64,000 nt of DNA, taken from assembly GCA_038998625.1 (NCBI GenBank), contig JAWADS010000001.1, forward strand, positions 9,222-73,221, in the 5' to 3' direction. Made by a program: the position numbers and the translations under genes. The notes below the pieces were generated by a model. That model saw only the letters and a list, made by a program, of their open reading frames with translations. It had not been told where the DNA came from and did no database searches. The stretch is from Candidatus Aenigmatarchaeota archaeon. Lineage in GTDB: Archaea; Aenigmatarchaeota; Aenigmatarchaeia; CG10238-14; SCSR01. Positions 21,310-31,200 of the stretch are shown piece by piece (the stretch's first letter is position 1; every line of letters starts with the position of its first letter).

Positions 21310-21676
21310 TTAGGAATGTGCTAACTTTATCTAATTTTTTATCGATTCCGTTAATACCAGCTTTAGCTTTACCAAATTTTACTGTAGCGCGCAAATCTAA
21401 TGGGCCCTCCCTTGTTACAATTTCCACTTTATATATTCTGTCTTTTACTTCAAGATTGTAAACTGCAGGAGTTCCATAAACAATATATACATTACCAGGA
21501 AAAGCGGCGCTAACTGTAACTAATCCAGATAAATCCCTTGCCACGTTTTCTGCAGTATAATGCAAAATAGATAATAAAAAATCGGTAAAAAATTTAGGAA
21601 TAGTTATGATTATTATTGCTCCTAATAAACCCATTAAAGCCATAGTCAAAAGGGTTATCGCAGTTAAACCTTTCAT
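21269..21676 (-). CDS. archaeal type IV pilin-like protein
   Basis: MKGLTAITLLTMALMGLLGAIIIITI class III signal peptide. Confidence 0.55.
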   Translation of the reverse strand: MKGLTAITLLTMALMGLLGAIIIITIPKFFTDFLLSILHYTAENVARDLSGLVTVSAAFPGNVYIVYGTPAVYNLEVKDRIYKVEIVTREGPLDLRATVKFGKAKAGINGIDKKLDKVSTFLIEKAGEKFDIREG

Positions 21677-21704
21677 ATTAATAATTTCATTTTTAGGAAA
21701 TAAA

Positions 21705-21998
21705 TCATCTGACCTTTGCTAAGACTTCACAACTTTCTTTGTTGGGTTCCAAAATTTGTACTTTTTCACATTTTTCTTTCACATTTATCCACCAATTTGG
21801 CTTATTTGCTTCATCAAATAAAAATTTACTCCATTCCTCACAAAAAGTGAAGACATGATTAATACAATCCATTTTGTCTTTTTTCTTTGCTTCTTCTTCA
21901 GCCCAACCTGAAAATGTTATTAAGAGGACTAAAATTAGAATTAAAGTTATTAAAGCGAAAAAAATTATCTTCCAAACTAAACCTTTTTTTGTATTCAT
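21705..21998 (-). CDS. archaeal type IV pilin-like protein, 4 Cys
   Basis: MNTKKGLVWKIIFFALITLILILVLL class III signal peptide. Confidence 0.55.
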   Translation of the reverse strand: MNTKKGLVWKIIFFALITLILILVLLITFSGWAEEEAKKKDKMDCINHVFTFCEEWSKFLFDEANKPNWWINVKEKCEKVQILEPNKESCEVLAKVR

Positions 21999-22009
21999 AT
22001 TTTATATTT

Positions 22010-22372
22010 TCATTTTAAAGAAAAAAACCCTGCTATTTCGTTATAGTTACAATATATGGTTGATGCGCCTTCTATAAGTGTCATTATAAAAACCAGGAAG
22101 ACAATAATGCCATATAAATTGCTCAAAAATAATCCCCCTACTAATGATACCATTGGTCCAAATCTGGAAAATATTAAGATGTCTAGAATAAACAAAGCTA
22201 TTAAAACAATTGTTGGCTGCAAAGCTAAAAAAATTATTTTGATGCCTAACGGTAAAGTCCAACCAAAAAGCCTCAATAAAAAGAAAAATGGACCTTCGCT
22301 GATAAAACATGCTAAAGGCTGTAAATTGTTTAAAAAATAATTAAACTGTGCTAAGACAGACAAATCAACCAT
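22010..22372 (-). CDS. small polytopic membrane protein, hypothetical
   Basis: 120 aa, 3 predicted TM. Confidence 0.3.
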   Translation of the reverse strand: MVDLSVLAQFNYFLNNLQPLACFISEGPFFFLLRLFGWTLPLGIKIIFLALQPTIVLIALFILDILIFSRFGPMVSLVGGLFLSNLYGIIVFLVFIMTLIEGASTIYCNYNEIAGFFSLK

Positions 22373-22970
22373 AGGTTACACTTTCCCATTTTTTTTCAGA
22401 AAATATGTCTAACATTTCTTTTACTTGTTCAGATTGAATTTTATTTTTTAACTCATCGAGCTTTTCATCCAAGTATGGAACAAAAAAAGGTGAAAAATGA
22501 AAAAGAAACATTAAGAAAAGTATCGTAATTAGACTCATGGCTAATCCTTTGCCTATACCCTTTTTCATTCTGTTATTGGTTTCGGAATAAGATGAAATAA
22601 AAATTAAAACAAACATACCAGTTATAAACAAAGGGGCTATTAAAACTAAAAAGTTTGAGACATTAAAAATAAATGCAACAAAATTTTCAGAAAAGCCACC
22701 AACAGTTACCAATAGAGATTTCAATATTATTTCTAAATAGATGCTTATATTAAGGGTAGCGTAATAGGATAAAATAACACTTACTGTTATGTTAATCATT
22801 TTCATCATCTCGAAATTTTTTATATTGAATCCCTGCTTTTCTTCTTCTAATTTTTTTACCTCTACACTTTTTTCTAAAGACTTTTCTAAAAGTTTAGAGA
22901 CTTTTTCTAATTGTTTAGCAATTTTTTCACTGATTGCAGATTTGGCCTTATTTAAAATTGCTTTTACCAC
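22365..22970 (-). CDS. membrane protein with N-terminal coiled coil, hypothetical
   Basis: 201 aa; charged helical N-terminus then 4 TM. Confidence 0.35.
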   Translation of the reverse strand: MVKAILNKAKSAISEKIAKQLEKVSKLLEKSLEKSVEVKKLEEEKQGFNIKNFEMMKMINITVSVILSYYATLNISIYLEIILKSLLVTVGGFSENFVAFIFNVSNFLVLIAPLFITGMFVLIFISSYSETNNRMKKGIGKGLAMSLITILFLMFLFHFSPFFVPYLDEKLDELKNKIQSEQVKEMLDIFSEKKWESVTYG

Positions 22971-23005
22971 AATTCTATTTTATTTTCTAAAAATAAATCT
23001 AATGT

Positions 23006-24865
23006 ATGAAAGGGATTTCTACTTTACTAGTTTTGGCCGCAATTTTTTTATTTGTAAGCTTGCTTATAAATTTTATTTTCTTTCTTAATGTTTTGTCAAG
23101 AGAAGAAAATTTTGTTAGAACAGTAAGGGAAATGTATATCTATCAAGGGATAAATTACATCGAGCAATTTAAGAGGGCTTTTCCTTTTTTAATCGAATAC
23201 TCAATTTATAAGACTCTATCTCATAATGGAGGAGAACTATGTTCTTTCGGCCAAAGCACTTTTATAACTCCTTTAGCAGCCCAAGATTTCTTAAGCAGAA
23301 ATCGCTTACTTACTATTAATAATGTTCCCGCAGGTAGTATTCATACATCCCTCTATTGGGTTTTACTATATTTTGACAATTATCATAATTATTTAAATAA
23401 AATTGCCGAATTAACTTCGATCTTTTCTAGGATTCAACGCATCGTCTTCGATTATACCCCCGGGGTTAAAGTTGATGGTTATGCTGTGGATGATAAAATA
23501 TTAGTAACTTCTGAAAATACAATATCAAAACTTTTGCCAAACAATTTAGGAATTTTAAATGAAACCTTAAATGCTTCTGTCGAATTAATCATGAATTTTA
23601 TTCAACTCCTCGATAGAGCAGACGAAGAATGGTTAAATCAACCAAAATGTAGTGAGAGGGATTCTCTAGTAAAAAGTACAGCTGAGGCCTTTGAATGTAG
23701 CGAGGAAGGATCTTTTACCTACTCTTCATTAGAAGAATGTGAAAATGCTTGCGTATATATGGAACCATCAAGATGCGTTTATATTTTACAGCAAGAAATT
23801 GCTGGTGCTATAGGTGTACCATTAGGTTCAGATGTTAAAAACATTGATAAAGTTAAGGGAAGGTCAGTTGCTATAAGAGAATATACTAATCTAGGTGTCG
23901 AAACAAATTATCTTTTAGGATATTGCGTTGATAGTGGTTGCGATTGTTCTAAAAAAGAGTGTGAAGAGAAGGATGATGAAGGAAATTGTATTGAAGAAAA
24001 GTGTGTAGAATGGACTAAGAAAGTTAAGTGTGAATACAAAAATTGGAGGGCAAGAGCAGGTTTATCTATCACAGAAAAGGATGAAAGGAATTTTTACCCT
24101 GCTTCGAATGATTGGGTGCAATCACAATTTAGTTTTAGTATGGTTTTAGGGCATTTGGATTTAGGAACCAGAACTACATTAGACACTTGTGCTACTAGAA
24201 AAATAATTGAAGCCCAGTTGGAGGAAGAGTGTAAAAAGTCTGGCGGAACTTGGAATCCAGATAAAAAGCAATGTGAAAATTGTCCAGATAGGAAAGTTTT
24301 CTACAAAGGTAAATGTGTAGAAAAATCTATTGTATGTAAAGAGACAGGTGGGACTTACAATCAAGATACAGACACATGTTCATGTCCTGATGATAAATTA
24401 CTTGTTCTAGAAGCTTATTGTATAAATAAAAAAGAAATTTGTGAAAGCGAAGATGAGAATTTGGGTATAGTCAAAGGTAATTACAACCCACAGACAAATG
24501 ATTGCGAATGCCCTCAAGATACTATTGATATGGGTCCTTATTGTTTATCAAAAAAAGCAGCTTGTACTCAAAGCGGTGGAACTTATAATCCAAATAATCC
24601 GAAAAAACCTTGCGAATGCGATGCAAATAAGGGTTTAATTTCTTGGGGGGATGTTTGTGTAAGTAAGAAGGAGGCTTGTGGTTTTAGTGCTCCAGATAAG
24701 GGAATAAAAGCCGGTACATATGATGAAGTTAATAGAGTTTGTGATTGCCCTAATGGAACTAAATACAATGAAGAATTTGGAATTTGTGTAGAAGCAAAAC
24801 TAGTATGTAGTTGTGCAAAAAATGTTGTGACTAACGAAGTAATCTGTAGTTGTTCAGAAGCTTAA
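23006..24865 (+). CDS. secreted cysteine-rich repeat protein (5 repeats of about 42 aa with 4 Cys each)
   Basis: N-terminal TM/signal; C-terminal repeats of pattern C-x12-13-C-x-CP-x10-12-C-x6 (for example CKKSGGTWNPDKKQCENCPD..., CKETGGTYNQDTDTCSCPDD..., CTQSGGTYNPNNPKKPCECDAN...). Confidence 0.6.
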   Translation: MKGISTLLVLAAIFLFVSLLINFIFFLNVLSREENFVRTVREMYIYQGINYIEQFKRAFPFLIEYSIYKTLSHNGGELCSFGQSTFITPLAAQDFLSRNRLLTINNVPAGSIHTSLYWVLLYFDNYHNYLNKIAELTSIFSRIQRIVFDYTPGVKVDGYAVDDKILVTSENTISKLLPNNLGILNETLNASVELIMNFIQLLDRADEEWLNQPKCSERDSLVKSTAEAFECSEEGSFTYSSLEECENACVYMEPSRCVYILQQEIAGAIGVPLGSDVKNIDKVKGRSVAIREYTNLGVETNYLLGYCVDSGCDCSKKECEEKDDEGNCIEEKCVEWTKKVKCEYKNWRARAGLSITEKDERNFYPASNDWVQSQFSFSMVLGHLDLGTRTTLDTCATRKIIEAQLEEECKKSGGTWNPDKKQCENCPDRKVFYKGKCVEKSIVCKETGGTYNQDTDTCSCPDDKLLVLEAYCINKKEICESEDENLGIVKGNYNPQTNDCECPQDTIDMGPYCLSKKAACTQSGGTYNPNNPKKPCECDANKGLISWGDVCVSKKEACGFSAPDKGIKAGTYDEVNRVCDCPNGTKYNEEFGICVEAKLVCSCAKNVVTNEVICSCSEA

Positions 24866-24898
24866 TACGTATATTTTTAAAAAACCAAATTTTAAATA

Positions 24899-25276
24899 AT
24901 GAATTGGGAGGAATTATATAAAAAATATTCAAAGCCAAAAAAGAAAAAAATATTTCCTATTTTATTAGTTATAGTCTTTTCGACTCTATTTTTTCTCTTC
25001 ATATTATATTATTTTTCTTTACCAGAATTTATAGAGCCACAGGCTGAAATTGTAAGTGATGTAATAACTCTACCTTCTATAAAGGGCGAGCATTGCACAA
25101 TATATATAACTGGTCCAAATAATATAATAAAATTATTTTCGGAATATGATTGTAGCGAATATCAAATTTTTAGGTTTGAGATTTTAGATCTTTTTTCGGA
25201 TATTAAAGGTAGGTATAAGTTAGTTGTTGTTTCTGATTCAGGAAATAATTTGACGAAAAACTTTTTGGTGGTATAA
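24899..25276 (+). CDS. single-pass membrane protein, hypothetical
   Basis: 125 aa, N-terminal TM; stop overlaps start of giant gene (TAATG). Confidence 0.35.
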   Translation: MNWEELYKKYSKPKKKKIFPILLVIVFSTLFFLFILYYFSLPEFIEPQAEIVSDVITLPSIKGEHCTIYITGPNNIIKLFSEYDCSEYQIFRFEILDLFSDIKGRYKLVVVSDSGNNLTKNFLVV

Positions 25277-28200
25277 TGAAAAAAAGTATTTCAATTTTTT
25301 TAATTATAACTTATTTGCTCTCCATTATTAAAGTACCAATAGCTGTCACGCAGAGTACAGATAATTTTAGTGATGAAGATGTAAAGAAAATTTTAAGCAA
25401 AGGAGCAATATTTTGTGTAAAAGATGCTGTAGAGGTATCTAAAGATGTTTATAAAGTTGTATGTTTAATCTCTCCTAAAAATTTAACCAAAGTAAAATTT
25501 GAATTTGGGCCCGCATTTAGTTTTGGAAGAATGGAGTTTCTAGGTTATGAAGCCACAGATAAGATTGAGTTTGTGAGCAAATTTAAGAACTTTCTGGAGT
25601 TTGAAGTATTTCCCACTTCTAGAGTAGGATTTACTATAAATATAAAAGCAAATTTCAGGCCCAATTTCAAAGTAACTTCCACTCTACCTGCTTATTACTT
25701 TAATGATTTGAAAGAACTTTTTGATGCTATAGATTCTATTCATTCTATAGAAGCATTGGAAGTTTTAAAATCTAGTTGTGAGGTGGCGTTTGAGAAAGAA
25801 TGTGTTTTAGAACATTTTATTACTAATTCCAGTGCTCCGGCGAAATATATAAATTTAACTAGTGATGAGTTAAGCAAATTGGTAGCTTTAGGAGAATTTT
25901 CCAAAAAGATAGATGGTGCTGATGTAAAATTTGTGCTTAGTTTTGAAAATAATGAAGTAAAAGTTTATGATAAGGAAAATTATGTCGGAAACTTTTATTT
26001 GCATTCAGCTTTTGTTCCCGTTAAAGCGCCAAGCCTCCCTGAAACGAATTTAACATCTTTAGAAACGATTAAAGAAGTTACCTTATTTTTCTTGAATTAT
26101 GAATTGAAAATAAATGGAACTGACGTTTATATAACAGAGTACGAAGATTTAGATTTGTTGGCAGATGAAATATTTTCTGGCAAACTATTTCCAATTACAG
26201 GTTCTTTTATTGCCACAGAAATTTTTAATAAGATAAAAGAAGAGTTGCTAATTAAACAAAGTAAACAAAGAGATTTAGCAGAAAAAATACATACTTTTGA
26301 AAAATTCGCTACCGACTATAATGTAAATATATTTAAACGCATAATGATTGCTATCTTAAACGAGATAAATAATAATATAGAATTAGGTGAAATAGAGGAA
26401 GCTAGTCAGCGTATAACAAAATTGAAAAATGCAGTTGGGGAATTTTCAAAAAATGCAGTTGGGGAATTTAAAGATTATTTCCAAGATTTAGAGAAAGAAC
26501 TAACTAAAATAGAAGAAACCATTAAAACAGATTTTAAAAGTGCACTAGATTATGTAAGAAATTTAAAAGAAAAAATAACTTCTGAAACAATTAATGATTT
26601 CCTTCAAGTTGCAAAGTCGAAAGGAGTAGATATATCTAAAAAATTTACAGAGAAAGATGGTAGGAGAGCACCAAAAGTTGTAAATGTTGTAAGAACAAGC
26701 GTAACAGAATTACCACCATCTATAAAAGATAAAATCACGTCACCTATATTCGTTCCTAAAGGACAACCTGATTTAAAAGATATGAAAAAATTCTTTAAAG
26801 AGCTCGCTTTTAGGGATTATATTGACCAAGGCATTTATTTGTTCTGGGGTGATTACTCAAAGGTCCCTAGAGAATATTTACAAGTATATGTTTCTGTAGC
26901 TAAGGAAGATTATCAAAAGGCTTTGAAGTTTATACAATTTGAACTGAAAAGAAATAATATACCTCATTTAATGGTTAAGCCAGAGCTTTATGATGAAGTT
27001 AAGAATGGAAAATATGTGATAATTCTTTTACGTAATAATGACGATTTGAGAGTGGTAAGGACCATAGAAGATATCTTATATAATCTAAATATTAGACCTG
27101 GGCCCAAGCCTTTAATAAAGGGAATATCTTTAGATAAGTATATAATAAGTAAATATACTTTTGGCGCGTGGGAAAACAATTTTGGTGGAGAAAAAAAGAT
27201 TAAACCAATTCTTGCATATAATTCTGATACTGGGAAGTTGGAAACTATATCTCCAGAGACACCTTTGCTTCCAAAAGTTGTTACACAATCTGATTTATTG
27301 AATAAAAATTTCAAAGAGGGAGATGTGATTGCTTATTTTGCTCCTCATGGTGATGCTAGAATATATTTAATGGGGGAAATAAAATCCTTTGACGCAAGTA
27401 AAAAAAGAGTTCTCGTTTCAAATATTTTTGGTTCAGAATTTGAGATCCCAATAAATTGGGTATCAAATACACCAAACATTCATATCTTTTACGATAAACA
27501 TAAGCAAATCGAAATACGACAATTATCAGAAAAACTATGGAGGAATTCTCTATCAAAAAATCTCGCCTCTAAATTAAGCATATCGGATGTTGAGCTTTTG
27601 TTAAAGAATGGATTTTACCTTAAAGGTGATTTAGTTTATTACCTTTCTGAAGATAAAAGAATTTATAGCTTACCTCTCGATGATTTTCTAAAATCTCCCT
27701 CAATTGAAGATATTTTTTGGGATACATATAAGAATCATTTAATAGTTATTCCTAATTCCCTAAGCGAAAAATATCCTGCGAGACTTAAAGGTCTTGCTAT
27801 AACTAAATCTGTTTATAATGATATAACTTCTTGGATTAATAACATCCAGCCCGGTCAACAGAAAGGTTTAGTTGCTTTCCTTACAATGAATGAAAAAGGA
27901 GTGATAGACAAAGTTTGGTTAAAGGGCATAACTGATCCTGTTTATGAAGGAGTGACTCTTGGTTCTATCCAAGATTTCCATAAGTATATATTAGCAAAAT
28001 ATTTGAACCCATTAGAGTTTGGTCTACATGGAAAACTATTGGCATATTTCGTACCAGAAGGCTTCTTACCAGATTTAACCTTAGGGCAACTTTTAGCGTC
28101 TTTTGAGTATGATAAAAAGGATGTTTTTCATTTATTGCTTATTTCAAGAGAATTAGGTGAAGTAAAATTTAATTTTTACAGAATTGATTTTTCCAAGTTA

Positions 28201-31200
28201 TCGAAGGATGATATTCAATGGCTAAAATACATAGCGAATGAATATCGAAGGAGAACTGGAACAGAATTAGCTTTATCTACAATAAGTGAGCAATTGGAGG
28301 CGCACCCAGATTTAAAAGCATATTTTGAAAAACATTCTAATTTCCACAAGATTGGTACACAAAATATTGAAATGGTTCATAAAATTGATGAAACAAAAGC
28401 TTTCAAAATTGCACTACTTAATGGTGAACAAGCCATAGGTGGTTTGGAGAGATCTCTAAAAAATCTTAAAAAAATGATATTTTTTGGCAATGAGTTAGAT
28501 CTTCAAACTGGTTTTACATATAGATATTCTTTTAGATACGCTTCTAATATATATACAGAAATACGCAGAAGAGTGGATCTATGGGACAGTATTTTAGATA
28601 ATCTGTTAAAAAGCGGTGAGATATCCCAAGAAATTTACAATTCTTATAAAAACATAATAAATAAAGTTTACGAAATAGGATTAACCATTGAGCCAGGGAA
28701 GCCTATAAAGGATACTTTGAAAAAAATTGATGAAGCTTTAAAGTCAATAAAGAATGAAAAGAAGACATTATTTAAATTATTATCCTATCAATCTAAAAAA
28801 TTATCCATAGAGCCCAACACTGGGTTTAGTGAGGTCGCTAAAAATATAGAACCTACTAAATTACCTGAAAATATTGAAGAGTCCATAGAGAATTCTGCAA
28901 TCGCTAAAGTAGCAAAAGAAGAAGCTGAAAAGGGCATAAAAGAAATTCCAAGTCAAGAAGAAATTCTACAAAAAATTGAAAGGGAACAAGAAAGATTAAT
29001 ATCAGAAACACCAAGAACGAGTTTTGAGCCTACTGCTCAAAAAATTGGTAAAGTAGATGAATTAACTTCCAAGATTGATAATTATATCCTATCTAGTAAA
29101 ATAGCAGATTCGTTAACAACAGAAAATATTAGAAAATTGTTGGATGGAAAAGTAGTTTTTGTTGATGATAATTATTTGCTTGTATTATCTCCAAAAGGTC
29201 AATTAACTTTAGTTCATTTTCCTGATAAAACGTTTTTATATTCTTCCGATGGAACTAAGGCTGTTATAAAAATGAGATCCACACCCTACCTAACACCAGA
29301 CGATTTAGATGAATTAATAAAAAAGAACATACCTATGGTTTATCCGAAATATAAGCTTCCCGATGAAGTTCTTGTAATAGGAATTGTGGATGGAAGGCCT
29401 GTTGAAAAACTTTATGATTTGAGAGAATTCAAAAAGTTTGTTGAAAATGAGGGAACGCCTTCAGCAAAAATATCAAGAGAATTTAGAGAAAAATTTAACT
29501 CTTATTTAGATTCTATTCGTGGAACAGAAGAAGAAGTTGTAAAAGCGTTAGATAAATTTTTCAATATGAAAGGGTTGCCGGAAAAATCTGATTTAACTAT
29601 TGCGGCAGGCCCGGCAGTAAAAGTAAAACCCAAATTACTCAACATCGATGAAGATTATCTTCAATTCAGGTTAGGAATTTCTATTATTAATGCCGAGACG
29701 GCACAAAACGTACTTTCACCAATATATGCTATAAGGGACGATTTAGAAACTAATTTTAAGTTAATGGGAATAAAGACCCCTGATGACATAGCAGATGGTA
29801 TGACAATAAAAATAAAAGGAAGAGATTATGTTTTACGTAAATTACCTAATAACCAAATTTCTATCGAGCTTGCAGTTTTTCGTGAGGGTGATCCATCCCT
29901 TTTAGAATTCCAAAAAGTGGGCACATTTTATCTTGTTGATGGTGAAGTTAAAGATGCGTATTCATGGAATAGAGCGGTGGCTTCTACGTTCAAAGATGTA
30001 AAGGCTTCTCAAGACCTCAGGGATGGCAGATATATTCTGAATACAAATAATTACAAAATTGAAAAAATGGATTATGGCTCAGTAGTGTTTGAAAATAATA
30101 GGCCAGCTATTTTTAGTATTGTAGGGGCAAATAGGGAAACCATGTATGTACCTATTTCTATTGATAGATCGCAATTTTTGCAAAAAACTTTCTCAGAAAT
30201 CGGAACTGCTGGGATAGGAAAAGAATATGCATTCGGTTCAGACAATGGAGATGTCTATAGATTTACCAAAAGACATTGGGAACCCGATTTAAAATGGGAA
30301 ATGGAAGTTAATGGAAAACCGGCTGGATTTTTGACGGATGAAGGATTAAAAACAAAAATAAGAGAATTAGTGGGTTCTGGTTATAATCCATTAATTCCCG
30401 CTTATAGGTTTAGTCCAATCGATGTTGAAAAAGAAATAAGAGGACTTTCAGAGCCTTATTATTCTAAAACTTTCTCAAATGGTCAAGAAGCTTTCAGACT
30501 TAGAAATGTTGATGGTCGCATTATATTAGAGACAGGGGGGATGCAACCAAGAACAATAACTGTTGAAGAGGCTCGGTCACTTCTAGCAACATCTAAAAGA
30601 GTAGAGATATTAAGCACAGATGGTGCTAATTTAATATCCCAAACATCTTTTTGGAAACAAATATCAAGGCCAGTAGGAATATTAACAAAAGATTTTTATC
30701 CTTTAGTTGGTCCGGCTGATTTTATTGCTTTTGGCGCTATAGCAGCATTTTCTCTTTATAGTATAACTGAAAATAGGGAAGAAATGAATAGGAGAATTGT
30801 TTATAATACGGTTGAAAATTTTGCGGTCGAGCCTCTATTAGTTACAACAATTGCAAGGGGTTTAGGTCTGAGAGCAGCTTTCAGTGGCGCAAGGGCTGCT
30901 GTTGCGGGCGTAGGTGGCGCAATTACTCTAGGAATTTTAACGGCTGTAGTTGCTGCAGAAATGGTTGCAGAAGATACAATAGAAGAATATCTAAGAGGTA
31001 ATAGGTTAAATGATATGGGTATACCTATACCTAATGATTTGGGGTCAGCTTTAGGTAGAGTTTTTGGAGGATATTGGGACTTTTTAATAAATTCAAATAG
31101 TGAGCAAACTCTAGAGAGTAGCAGTATGTTTAATACAGTAGCTACATCCATTTATAAAGACTTATCTAATCAAGCATTAAAAAACTTTCAAAATTATATA

